Below, in pieces: positions 28,702 to 38,320 of a stretch of 64,000 nt of DNA. The notes below the pieces were generated by a model that worked only from the letters and a program-made list of their open reading frames with translations, was not told the origin of the DNA and ran no database searches. This stretch comes from an uncultured candidate division Zixibacteria bacterium (GTDB lineage Bacteria > Zixibacteria > MSB-5A5 > GN15 > FEB-12): positions 1,035,734 to 1,099,733 of the forward strand of contig CAWDXE010000001.1 of the NCBI GenBank assembly GCA_963806185.1, in the 5' to 3' direction. Numbering within the stretch: position 1 is the stretch's first letter; each line of letters opens with the position of its first letter. The position numbers and the translations under genes were made by a program.

Positions 28702-29424
28702 TTAACTGCCGTCCTGGCCTTCGACCAGCATCATCAGGTCCTTCACGAGGATCGGTTCTACCGCGTAGAACCCCTGGCCATACGTGCAGCGAGCCTGCAT
28801 GCCGAACGATCGCGCCATCGCGGACAGATGCTCGATATAATCGCGCTTCTTCTCCGGATTGAGAAACTGCGATCGATGCGCCGAAAGCGCGGCCACCCAC
28901 TGGTCAAAATGCGGTGTGATATCCACCACGAAATTCGGATAGACCTGCGGTGGCAGGAAGTAGTGGAAAATCCGCGACACCAAATGCGATTCACCGTCAA
29001 TCTGAATCTTCTTTAACGCCGCCAGATTACACGCATTGATGGTGATCACTCCGCAGGCCACGTGGTCCGGATGCGACTGCCGCCGACCGTGCCCGACATG
29101 CGGATACGGCGCCAGCACGATGCGCGGTTTTGTCGTGCGTATGATCCGCGCAATCCCCAGGCGTTTGTCGTAACTATCTTCCAGCCGCGTGTCGCCCCAA
29201 TCAAAGGTGGCTACAATGTCGACCCCTAAGACGTTGGCGGCATCCTTTACTTCCTGAGCCCGAATCTCGGCCGTGCCGCCGGTTCCCATCTCCCCCTGAG
29301 TCATGATCACAATACCGCACTTGTACCCGCGCTTAGCCAGATCGATGAGCACGCCGCCCGTGCCCACTTCGACGTCGTCGGGATGCGCGCCGATTGACAG
29401 GATATCGTAAGTTGGTTGTTCCAT
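28702..29424 (-). CDS. bshB1: PIG-L family deacetylase, BshB1-like (bacillithiol synthesis)
   Basis: AHPDDVE, TQGEMGTGGT..R..E, HPDH, FVVDIT, AHRSQF. Confidence 0.75.
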   Translation of the reverse strand: MEQPTYDILSIGAHPDDVEVGTGGVLIDLAKRGYKCGIVIMTQGEMGTGGTAEIRAQEVKDAANVLGVDIVATFDWGDTRLEDSYDKRLGIARIIRTTKPRIVLAPYPHVGHGRRQSHPDHVACGVITINACNLAALKKIQIDGESHLVSRIFHYFLPPQVYPNFVVDITPHFDQWVAALSAHRSQFLNPEKKRDYIEHLSAMARSFGMQARCTYGQGFYAVEPILVKDLMMLVEGQDGS

Positions 29425-29436
29425 AGGCTGTTAAAC

Positions 29437-29468
29437 AAAAACGCCCGGAAGCTGGTGCCTCCGGGCGT
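29437..29468 (-). terminator. Intrinsic terminator of the fadL-lipoprotein operon
   Basis: AAAAA-CGCCCGGA..TCCGGGCG on + (stem then U tract on minus). Confidence 0.65.
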
Positions 29469-29483
29469 CGAAAAATCCGCGAA

Positions 29484-30743
29484 TTATTCAGTCGCTTTGA
29501 AGCGATCTGAGTGGAACTTAAGCATCTTTCTTAGTACGTCATACAAATACGGATTGCTGCCGGTCGGCCCACCCGGGTAGGCATCGTAGTCGAATTCCTC
29601 GACCGTCAGGCCGTGGGTACTCCGTAGCGTTTGAATCCATGACTGGGTCATCGGATAGTAGTTGAACGGTGCCGAAGGACTGCTGGCGATGAAGATCCTG
29701 GTGTTGGCCAGCGGATCGGCTCCGGCTGCGGCGTACAACGAATCCAGACTGTTCGACAGCCACAACGGCCAGACAACCGGACTGGCGTCGCCTGCTTGAT
29801 CGAACGGCAGGTGGAAATCCAGATCGCGTTGATCGGGTTTTACGATATCCCTGATGAGCGTCGTGCTGTCGGTAATGATATCCGACGTATCGACGATCGT
29901 GATGATGGCTGTAGAGTCGCCGGAAATCGCGCGCAGGAAACTGACTGTCAAATTGTGCGGGCTAAAGGCCAGCGAGCCGCCGATGAAAAGGCGCGAGAGC
30001 GGATAGGCGCTGGAACTGTCGAAATGCGCCCGGAAATAGGCGTTGCTCGAATCGAGAAGATTCTGCTCCTGAAGCGCCTGGGTAAACAACGGTATCAGAC
30101 CGCTATTGCCGTCTGCCCCGTCGAAATCAAGAGGCCCGTCCACCGCGGATACCGAACCAAATGTTCCGGGATGCTTGAGCGCCGCGCGAAACGCACCATA
30201 GGCGCCCGTGCCGACGCCGCCGATGCCGATCTTCTTCATGTCGGATATTATTGTGGCCGGAATGCGCGTGCCAAGATACTCCGTGATCAAACGGTCACCG
30301 ATGATGCCGTCGTACTTGCCGGCTGGAGCGCTGTTGCCGTAGAAGTAGGTGCCGAAGACCGGGTCATTCGTCACACAATGAATGATCATCGGCTCAATCT
30401 CGCCGTCGGCGATCATCCGCTCCGCCAGCCGAAACAGACCGTGCTCCCAATAGTAATACTGCGAGCCGCCCTCGGGAGCCAGAAGCACCAGCACCGGCAC
30501 GGGGCGTCCTTCGCCCGTCGGAACCGGCATGGCTACCTTGGGTATATAGGTCGTACCCAGCAGCAATTCCGTCGGATTCTTCAGTTGCAGCGACAGCAGG
30601 GTGTCGTACGAGTGATTGCTGTTCGGAAACAGCCCCCACTCCGTGACACTCGCCGTCGGTATTCCCGTTCCCCGATCATCACAGCCGAAGAACACGGCCA
30701 GCGCCGCCAGAATCGTAATTCCTGTCAATATATATTTGCGCAT
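29484..30743 (-). CDS. Lipoprotein with alpha/beta-hydrolase (esterase-like) fold, nucleophile Ser absent
   Basis: Lipobox-like VFFGC; PVLVLL, GEIEPMII, IGIGGVGTGAYGA..ALKHPGTFGSV (GxSxG position reads GVGTG). Confidence 0.75.
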   Translation of the reverse strand: MRKYILTGITILAALAVFFGCDDRGTGIPTASVTEWGLFPNSNHSYDTLLSLQLKNPTELLLGTTYIPKVAMPVPTGEGRPVPVLVLLAPEGGSQYYYWEHGLFRLAERMIADGEIEPMIIHCVTNDPVFGTYFYGNSAPAGKYDGIIGDRLITEYLGTRIPATIISDMKKIGIGGVGTGAYGAFRAALKHPGTFGSVSAVDGPLDFDGADGNSGLIPLFTQALQEQNLLDSSNAYFRAHFDSSSAYPLSRLFIGGSLAFSPHNLTVSFLRAISGDSTAIITIVDTSDIITDSTTLIRDIVKPDQRDLDFHLPFDQAGDASPVVWPLWLSNSLDSLYAAAGADPLANTRIFIASSPSAPFNYYPMTQSWIQTLRSTHGLTVEEFDYDAYPGGPTGSNPYLYDVLRKMLKFHSDRFKATE

Positions 30744-30755
30744 TGCCTGTCTCTC

Positions 30756-32231
30756 CTAGAACCGGTAGTTGAACGAGAGGGTAGTCTCGTACGTGGCAGC
30801 TTTATAGTCTCCGGGGAAACTGTCCCCGACTCCGTCACCATTGAGGTCAATCACCTGCGCCACCGACTTGTCCGGATACGAGGTGTAGCCGCTGACAATT
30901 CCCAGATCCCAGCGCTCAATGTGGAACATGGCTCCCAGGTTGAATCCGGTCTTGTTGCCGATATCTGCAAACTGAGGCACCAGATCATTGTCATTCTTGT
31001 TAACCTTCTGGTCGATGAAACCGCCGGCCAGCAGAGTCATCGCCGTCAGCGCGTCGTACTTTACGCCCAGCATGATCTTGCCCGCGTTGTCCCACTCCAC
31101 CGGTCTCGAAATATCCGTCTCGAAATAACCACTCACCGCACTCCCGCCCGACGGAAGCGTCGAGTACGTCGAATACGTGAAATCAAAGCCTTCAAACTGC
31201 GACCAGAGTGTATACTCGGCATCCAGCGCCGCGTACAACTTCGGCGTCAACTGATAACCGATTCCTACGCCGAATGACGGCGGCAACTTCAGATCAGTTT
31301 CCACGTCGGCGTTCATCTTGACAAGGTCACCGCCCGTAAACAGATATTCCGCCGTTCCCGGCAGATAATTGTCATGCAGGTACCCGTTGTACGGCATCAA
31401 GAAGCTCCGGCCGGCCTGCCCTTTGAGACCGATCTTAAACGGCACGCGAATATTCGCCGCCAGATTCAGCTTCTCACTCTGCTTGAGCAGCAGCCCCGCG
31501 TTAATTCCAAAACCCCAGCCGTCGAGCTCGTTGATCGTGAATTCCGGAATCTGATCGTACGGCCGATCACTTAGCGGCGCACCCAGCGGGTTTGGACGAA
31601 ACGTCAGATCGTTAAACATGAGGTCTCCCCGCAACAGCTGCAGGCCGAGTCCCAGCGAGAGCTTCTTGGGAATGAACTCCCGGGCGATCGTGAGCTGGAA
31701 TGCGACCACGTCGAGATTGCTCGCGTACTGATTTGTAGGCAACTCCGACGACTTTTGATTGTACGCCGGCAGCATGACGCGTGGGTCGTACAGCTTCCAG
31801 TCGATCTGGTAATCAAACGGCTGATAAATCGAGAAGCCGAGTACCGCCTCACCCCAGTATGGGGTCTTCAACACGGTACCAGCAGCCGGCTTGTTCAAGA
31901 TGGCGTGGGCGTTGTTGATAGCGTACCCGTTGAGAATGCCGTTTGCGTACTGGTTCCCGAACTGATCGGAATTGGAATAGTTCGGTGTCAACTCGTTGCG
32001 GAAATGAATGAATGCGATGTTGGCCCCCAACTGATTGTCGGGCATCCAGGCCAGCCCCGCCGGATTGTAATACATCGCCGTCCAGTCATTGGCGATCGTT
32101 CGAAATGCGCCGCCCATGCCGCGCGCAGTTGTACCCACTCCGGTGTTTTCAAAGCCGGCGGCGAATACTACCGTTGCCGCCAGCGTCACGACCAGTAGTA
32201 GGGTGACGGTGCGTGTGACAAACCCCATCAT
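30756..32231 (-). CDS. OmpP1/FadL/TodX family outer-membrane channel
   Basis: Mature N-terminus AGFE..GTTARGMGGA..DWTAMYYNPAGL; YTLWSQF; C-terminal YRF. Confidence 0.88.
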   Translation of the reverse strand: MMGFVTRTVTLLLVVTLAATVVFAAGFENTGVGTTARGMGGAFRTIANDWTAMYYNPAGLAWMPDNQLGANIAFIHFRNELTPNYSNSDQFGNQYANGILNGYAINNAHAILNKPAAGTVLKTPYWGEAVLGFSIYQPFDYQIDWKLYDPRVMLPAYNQKSSELPTNQYASNLDVVAFQLTIAREFIPKKLSLGLGLQLLRGDLMFNDLTFRPNPLGAPLSDRPYDQIPEFTINELDGWGFGINAGLLLKQSEKLNLAANIRVPFKIGLKGQAGRSFLMPYNGYLHDNYLPGTAEYLFTGGDLVKMNADVETDLKLPPSFGVGIGYQLTPKLYAALDAEYTLWSQFEGFDFTYSTYSTLPSGGSAVSGYFETDISRPVEWDNAGKIMLGVKYDALTAMTLLAGGFIDQKVNKNDNDLVPQFADIGNKTGFNLGAMFHIERWDLGIVSGYTSYPDKSVAQVIDLNGDGVGDSFPGDYKAATYETTLSFNYRF

Positions 32232-32782
32232 GTACTCCGTAATATGTAAATGAATATACCAATTCGCTCATTAACTCCGGGGATAGGTCCGACAGGCGGC
32301 GAGGATCAGCCTGTCAAATATGCGTGAACAACCCTTCCCTTTCACCTAAGACGCTCCAACCCAACAGTTCACCCAAACAAATGGACAGGCAAAGTAGCGA
32401 ACCCCGCGCATACTGTCAAGTGTCAGAAACAAAATAGGTTGGACTCGTCGGTCCTCATTGCCATGTCGCCTCCAGAGGGAATTATTCATCATCCAATGAC
32501 TGTACCAACACCCCTTCTCCATCCCCCCCGTCAGCTCGAAAAAAATGTGCGTGATCTCAAACCAATTGCTCCCAAAACGGTTACCGGCCTGATTCGACCG
32601 GCGACAATCAGGTCATTCTTCCTCTCGAAATGTCACTGATTTAAAAACCGACGTTGGGGAATTTTATTCCCGAGCGATATGGTGGATATTTCCCTGAAGT
32701 TGCGCCGATACTTCCCCTTCCCCTGCCGACCAACCCCGGTAACACATTTAAGATCAATGGATTAGTTGAGATACCGCCGGCA

Positions 32783-32798
32783 TGGCACCAGGCTTGCA
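32783..32798 (+). promoter_or_regulatory. Sigma54 -24/-12 promoter of the SLBB export gene
   Basis: TGGCAC-CAGGC-TTGCA; IHF-like GATCAATGGATTA at 32752-32764. Confidence 0.8.
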
Positions 32799-32870
32799 AT
32801 AGTCGTCGGTGCGATCAGGAGGATCGCCCGAAAAACGACTACGACTGCAAACTACCATAGGAAGGTGAGT

Positions 32871-35213
32871 ATGCGCAAAGTCCTGTTCTTTATCATACTG
32901 GTCATTGTACTGGTATCGCTAAACTGGTTTCACAATGTCTTCGCCGACGATGCCATACCGGCCGGTGTGAATCTGGGCGACATTCAATTGAGTGACGCGC
33001 AGAAGGAGGCTCTTCTTAAGCGTTCGGCGGGCACATCCCCCGTCCAGAATCGACCATATACCACACCCAGACTTTACGATTCGTCGTCGGCTCCCCGCTT
33101 GCCCCAACCTGTTGACACCACGGCTGACAGCACGCTGACGGCCACGGCACGCGAACTGGTTCCGTTTGAGGATCTTAAACCGTTCGGGATAGAACTTTTC
33201 GCGGCACCGCACGAATCCACCCCACCCGAGGATATCGCTTCCTCCAGTGACTATCTCGTCGGACCGGGCGACAATATCGTCGTGTCACTCTGGGGTCGAG
33301 TGGAGAATGAATTCACGCTGACAGTTGATCGGGAAGGCAAAGTGTTCATTCCGAAGGTTGGCCAGATTGTCGTCTGGGGCAAAACCCTCGATCAATGCCG
33401 AACCGCTTTTCAACAGCGTTTCAGCGCCGTCTACTCAGAATTTCAGCTCAACGTCTCATTGGGCAAAATTCGATCGATCCGACTGTACTTGACCGGAGAG
33501 GTCCGTCGCCCCGGAGCCTACAGTGTATCATCCCTCACCTCCCTGTTTAATGCGCTCTACCTGGCCGGAGGTCCGACTGAAAACGGCTCGATGCGTGACA
33601 TTCGCCTGATGCGTCGGGGGACGGCCATCACCACGGTTGATCTCTACAAATTCCTGTTGGAGGGTGACAATTCCAGTGACGTCCGTCTCGAATCGGGCGA
33701 TGCCATCTTTGTGCCTGTCGCCGGCGCGCGCGTGGCAATTCGCGGCCAGATTCGTCGCCCCGCTATTTACGAATTGAAACAGAATGAAACCGCCGGCGAA
33801 CTGCTCTTGCTCGCCGGACGGCCGACCCCGGAGGCGTATCTGGGGCGCGTCATGCTGGAACGCGTCTCGGATCGCGATCAATGGGAGGTGGTCGATCTCA
33901 ATCTGGAACCCGCCTCTACCGATGCCGGCTCCTGCCAGCCGATGAAAGACGGCGACCGGATGACCGTGTTTTCCATCTTTCAGGCCAACCAGAATCGGGT
34001 GGCCATATTCGGCATGGTCAAACATCCCGGCTATTACGAGCGTACCGATACCACCCGCATTGCCGATATCCTGGCCCGTGGCCAGTTGCAGGAATACGAC
34101 GTCTTTTATCAACGGGCCAATCTGTTCCGACGGCATTCGGACTGGCGTACCGAGGTCATCTCGGTCGATCTGCGCGCCGTGCTCAACGGCGACTCGACCC
34201 AGAATCTGATCCTGCAACGGCGCGACTCGCTCCACGTCTACAGCATGGACGAAATTACATGGAAAAAACTGGTCAAGATCGAGGGCGAAGTGAACCGCCC
34301 CGGCGAATATCCGCTGTACGATCAGATGACGGTCAAGGATCTGGTCTTCCTGGCCGGCTCGTTCACCCGAAGCGCGTCATTGTTGCGTGCCGAAGTCGCG
34401 CGCATCGACACCGCCAGCCAGGTGAATATTCAGTATATCGATCTTGGTGATGATTCGGCCATGGCTACCGTGCTGGACGAAGAAGATCACGTCTACATTC
34501 GTCGCATTCCGCAGTGGCAATTGCATCGCACCGTGACGATCACCGGCGAGGTCAATTACCCCGGCGAGTACATGATGTCCAACCGTCAGGAAACACTCTA
34601 TGATCTGCTCACGCGCTCGGGGGGCTTTACGGAAAGCGCCTTCCCGCGCGGCACGATCTTCCGCCGTAAATCGATTGGCGACGTCATCAACCGGTCCGGC
34701 ATTCAGTCGGTGCTCGCGAAATCAAGCCCCATGACTCAGGACTCCACCGGGAAGATCACGCGCACGGTGCATTTCGATATCGAACCAGCCGCGCTCAGCC
34801 GCATGGTCATCGACATGGACAAGATCGAAGCCTCGCGCGGGCAGTTTGGTAATATCGTTCTTGAACCGGGCGACAGTATTCATGTCCCATCGCTCCCGTC
34901 CGGAATCACCGTGATGGGAGCCGTCGGCGCCAACGGTACCATCAAATACCTCGAAGATCAAAACGTGAAATATTACGTCAACCGGGCCGGCAATTTTGCC
35001 TTACAGGCGGACAAGAAGCAGACTCGCCTGATCAAAGCCAATGGCCTCGTCTATTCGGGTGGCGGCGTCCTCGGCAAACACGTCGATCTCGGTGATATCA
35101 TCGTCGTGCCGACCAAGGTTGAAAAAGATCACGACTGGACCAAGTCACTCACCGCCATACTGGGCATAACCACCAGTGCGCTCACTACGGCGCTACTGAT
35201 TACCAAGCTCTAG
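32871..35213 (+). CDS. Polysaccharide export protein with multiple SLBB domains (Wza/KpsD-like)
   Basis: YLVGPGD Poly_export motif, repeated GEVxRPGxY SLBB units, C-terminal amphipathic helix. Confidence 0.9.
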   Translation: MRKVLFFIILVIVLVSLNWFHNVFADDAIPAGVNLGDIQLSDAQKEALLKRSAGTSPVQNRPYTTPRLYDSSSAPRLPQPVDTTADSTLTATARELVPFEDLKPFGIELFAAPHESTPPEDIASSSDYLVGPGDNIVVSLWGRVENEFTLTVDREGKVFIPKVGQIVVWGKTLDQCRTAFQQRFSAVYSEFQLNVSLGKIRSIRLYLTGEVRRPGAYSVSSLTSLFNALYLAGGPTENGSMRDIRLMRRGTAITTVDLYKFLLEGDNSSDVRLESGDAIFVPVAGARVAIRGQIRRPAIYELKQNETAGELLLLAGRPTPEAYLGRVMLERVSDRDQWEVVDLNLEPASTDAGSCQPMKDGDRMTVFSIFQANQNRVAIFGMVKHPGYYERTDTTRIADILARGQLQEYDVFYQRANLFRRHSDWRTEVISVDLRAVLNGDSTQNLILQRRDSLHVYSMDEITWKKLVKIEGEVNRPGEYPLYDQMTVKDLVFLAGSFTRSASLLRAEVARIDTASQVNIQYIDLGDDSAMATVLDEEDHVYIRRIPQWQLHRTVTITGEVNYPGEYMMSNRQETLYDLLTRSGGFTESAFPRGTIFRRKSIGDVINRSGIQSVLAKSSPMTQDSTGKITRTVHFDIEPAALSRMVIDMDKIEASRGQFGNIVLEPGDSIHVPSLPSGITVMGAVGANGTIKYLEDQNVKYYVNRAGNFALQADKKQTRLIKANGLVYSGGGVLGKHVDLGDIIVVPTKVEKDHDWTKSLTAILGITTSALTTALLITKL

Positions 35214-35424
35214 CCAGACTCTCTTTCATTCTCACCTTCCTAACGGCCGTCGATCACGGGAAACCGGGATCGACGGTTTAATCATGGGGCTGGAAATATC
35301 TTCCCGCCCGAACGGAAACCAAGGCCCCACACAGTCCGAAAAACGCCCCACCGGCAACGCCCGCCACACACTTAAGCACAATAAACCCAACAACTTAAAT
35401 AATACTTGCCGCCGCGGCCGAGGC

Positions 35425-35440
35425 TGGCACCCCGCTTGCA
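35425..35440 (+). promoter_or_regulatory. Sigma54 -24/-12 promoter of the aminotransferase-like/sugar transferase operon
   Basis: TGGCAC-CCCGC-TTGCA preceded by an AT-rich tract. Confidence 0.8.
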
Positions 35441-35474
35441 AAACAGTAGCCAGACATAGGAAGGATGAATTACC

Positions 35475-36698
35475 ATGGATTGGAAACGCTCACCTTCAGC
35501 TACTGCCGTTCAGCCGCCAAGGACTGCGGCCGACGACCAGGATTCCGCTTCCCTGCGGAAATTCTTCACATCTGCCGATACCAAAATGACAGGCTCGGCC
35601 ACCGCGGATGATCGTCATACGCACAACGAATTCGTGGCCAAACAGGGGGAATCTATGACCAACCGATTAATGGAAGCCGGTCAGAATCGTGTTGAGGAAA
35701 TCGTCGATCGGATCGCCAAGACGCTGGAAATCAGTCCGGCAATGGTACTTCCCTTCGTCGATTCGACCGACTGTCTGGCCGAATTGCTGCATCATGTCGA
35801 ACCGGTCAATGGCCGGATACTTGCTGCGGGGCATGTCACGCCCGACGTCGCCCTGGCTGCCCACCGGGCCAAAGTCGAGATGAAAGAGATTCTCGGCGCC
35901 TCTCCATTCTGCGGAGACCTGGAGTCACTGCTCCGGGAAGTCATCTCCGAATACGACGTTATCTACCTTGCCAACCCAAGCCGCATCACCGGGGCAAATT
36001 TCTCCCTGGCCGATTTGGAAGCTATGGCCAAGGCAGTGCCGAGCGGGCGACTCATTATTGACGAATACTATTTCGATTTCTACGGCATCACCGGTATTGC
36101 GCTGATCAAGCAGTATTCCAACGTGGTCGTGCTGCGCTCTTTCACGGCCGCCTTTGGCATCGGTTCCGCCGAATCCGGCTATCTGGTTGCGGCTCCGGCG
36201 ACAGTTGTGCAGCTGCAGAAGTCGCTCCCGCCCGAGTCGGTATCGATGACGCTCTACCGGATTATCACGACCGTCATCGAGAATGCGGCCAACCAGACAA
36301 AGCGATTGACCGCCCTTCACGACGAGTCGCTCCGCCTGGCGACCGTGCTGACTCGTCTGGGTGTTCAATGCCGTCTGACCGCCACCGATTTTCTGCTCAT
36401 GCGTGTGGCCAGCCCGACGGAAGTGGGCAACTACCTGGGCAGGTTCCGCGCTCCCATCGAAGATCTGAGCGGGTATCCGGAAATGGGAAATTACATTCGC
36501 TACAAGCTTCAGTCGGAATTCTCCAATAACAATCTGTTGAAGGGATTCGAGAAGATTCCACCGGGCTGTTACAAGATGTCCACGCCGGATCGACGGGCAG
36601 TTCGCCTGCGCCATTCCGGTGACACCACGGTAGCGAGCAAACTGATGCCGGCAAATGTCGCTGATCGGCATCGCGTCCTTGTGGCCGCCAAACAGTAA
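35475..36698 (+). CDS. Class I/II aminotransferase-fold (HisC-like) protein lacking the PLP lysine
   Basis: IYLANPSRITG, LIIDEYYFDF, VVVLRSFTAAFGIGSAESGY versus canonical LRTFSKAYGLAGLRxGY; alternative start 35655. Confidence 0.75.
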   Translation: MDWKRSPSATAVQPPRTAADDQDSASLRKFFTSADTKMTGSATADDRHTHNEFVAKQGESMTNRLMEAGQNRVEEIVDRIAKTLEISPAMVLPFVDSTDCLAELLHHVEPVNGRILAAGHVTPDVALAAHRAKVEMKEILGASPFCGDLESLLREVISEYDVIYLANPSRITGANFSLADLEAMAKAVPSGRLIIDEYYFDFYGITGIALIKQYSNVVVLRSFTAAFGIGSAESGYLVAAPATVVQLQKSLPPESVSMTLYRIITTVIENAANQTKRLTALHDESLRLATVLTRLGVQCRLTATDFLLMRVASPTEVGNYLGRFRAPIEDLSGYPEMGNYIRYKLQSEFSNNNLLKGFEKIPPGCYKMSTPDRRAVRLRHSGDTTVASKLMPANVADRHRVLVAAKQ

Positions 36699-36722
36699 CC
36701 TCGGACAGATTGGGTTATACTG

Positions 36723-38282
36723 ATGCTTCCTGAAATCGACTGCCCCGAACCGATTCTTACTGAATCAGCGAATCCGCCTGCGAGCCGGAGGGCCTTCGAC
36801 CAATTCGTCAGCAGCGAATCCGCGCGCGAACATGACTCCTTCGATGAAACACTCGACGCCCAGCCGACCCGTGTCGGACGAACTGCCTTGTTCGTTCGCA
36901 AAACCATTCTCGCCATCTGCGGTCAATACGGTGCGATTGGTATTTCGCTGGTCGCTCTGACCATAGGCTTCTCGCTCCACCCCGTGCCCTGGTCGATCAT
37001 GGTTGAAGCCGGCGTGGCCATAATACTGATTCGCCTCGCCTATCTGGTGACTCGCGGCCCCAAACCGGTGCTCCGCGCCCACACGATTCGCAAGCGCGCC
37101 CGCTGGGTGCTGGTCGACGAAGCCAAAATCAGCGCCGCGTTTCTATCAGTCTGTTATCTGCTCGACTGGCCGGTGGGCAGACTGACAGTCGGCCTGTTTG
37201 TCGCTTTCAACCTCTGTCTCCAGTTGGCCATGCTCTGGTATTCCCGGCTCATGCTCGCCGGGTTGAGCCGCCAGGCGCAACGACTCGGCAACGTCATACT
37301 GAAGCGACGGGCGATCATTGTCGGCACCGGTCCAAAAGCCCTGGAAATTGCCAATCAGATTCTTGATTCGCCCGACGTTGACACTCAAATCATCGGCTTT
37401 CTCGATTATCATAAGAAGTCACTCTGGCGTTATCGCGATATTCCGTTTCTTGGCCACCCGGAACAACTCAGGGAAATTGCCACCAACGGTCAGCTCGATG
37501 CACTGTTCATTGCGGTCGAACCCGAAGATGTCAGCAACGCCAAGGCGGTCTTCACTGCGGCCGAAGAAATGGGCGTGCCGGTCTTCCTCATGCCGGATGT
37601 CTTCCCGTCGTCGATCGCCTTTGCTCGCTCCGGGTACTTCTGCGGCATGGCCACCCTTATCTATCGCTCGGTGCCGGACGACCACTTCACTCTTCTCGCA
37701 AAATCGATGATCGATCGTGTTGGCGCGATATTCGGACTACTGATGGCCGCTCCCATGATTATTGGTGCTGCTCTGGCTATCAAACTCGACAGCCGGGGGC
37801 CGGTCTTTTTCGCCCAGGTGCGCGTCGGCCTGAATGGCAAGACTTTCAGACTCTATAAATTTCGCACCATGTGCCGCGACGCCGAGCAACTCAAGGCACA
37901 ACTGGCCGGCAGCAACGAAATGTCCGGGCCGGTATTCAAAATGAAAGACGATCCGCGCATCACACGGGTTGGACGATTCCTGCGACGGTACTCGATCGAC
38001 GAATTGCCGCAGCTATTCAATGTTCTGCACGGCGACATGTCGCTGGTCGGCCCGCGTCCTGCTCTGCCCAAAGAAGTCTGTCGCTTCAAACCGTGGCAGC
38101 ATCGCAAGCTGGCGGTTAAGCCGGGTGTCACCTGCATCTGGCAGGTGAGCGGTCGCAACAATATCGACTTCGAGGACTGGATGCGGCTGGACTTGAACTA
38201 CATTGATAACTGGTCGCTCTGGCTCGACGCAAAAATTCTGGCAAAGACAGTGCCAGCGGTACTAAGGGGATCGGGGATGTAA
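36723..38282 (+). CDS. Priming glycosyltransferase (polyprenyl-phosphate sugar-1-phosphate transferase, WcaJ-like)
   Basis: N-terminal TMs, IIVGTG, YKFRTM, DDPRIT..LRRYSIDELPQL, GDMSLVGPRP, KPGVTCIWQVSGR. Confidence 0.92.
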   Translation: MLPEIDCPEPILTESANPPASRRAFDQFVSSESAREHDSFDETLDAQPTRVGRTALFVRKTILAICGQYGAIGISLVALTIGFSLHPVPWSIMVEAGVAIILIRLAYLVTRGPKPVLRAHTIRKRARWVLVDEAKISAAFLSVCYLLDWPVGRLTVGLFVAFNLCLQLAMLWYSRLMLAGLSRQAQRLGNVILKRRAIIVGTGPKALEIANQILDSPDVDTQIIGFLDYHKKSLWRYRDIPFLGHPEQLREIATNGQLDALFIAVEPEDVSNAKAVFTAAEEMGVPVFLMPDVFPSSIAFARSGYFCGMATLIYRSVPDDHFTLLAKSMIDRVGAIFGLLMAAPMIIGAALAIKLDSRGPVFFAQVRVGLNGKTFRLYKFRTMCRDAEQLKAQLAGSNEMSGPVFKMKDDPRITRVGRFLRRYSIDELPQLFNVLHGDMSLVGPRPALPKEVCRFKPWQHRKLAVKPGVTCIWQVSGRNNIDFEDWMRLDLNYIDNWSLWLDAKILAKTVPAVLRGSGM

Positions 38283-38320
38283 GCACATCCCCGATGCAAT
38301 AAACACGGCAGGAGGCCGAC

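Noticed and set aside
29796..31277. 493-aa plus-strand ORF
   Set aside because: Antisense shadow of the fadL and lipoprotein genes
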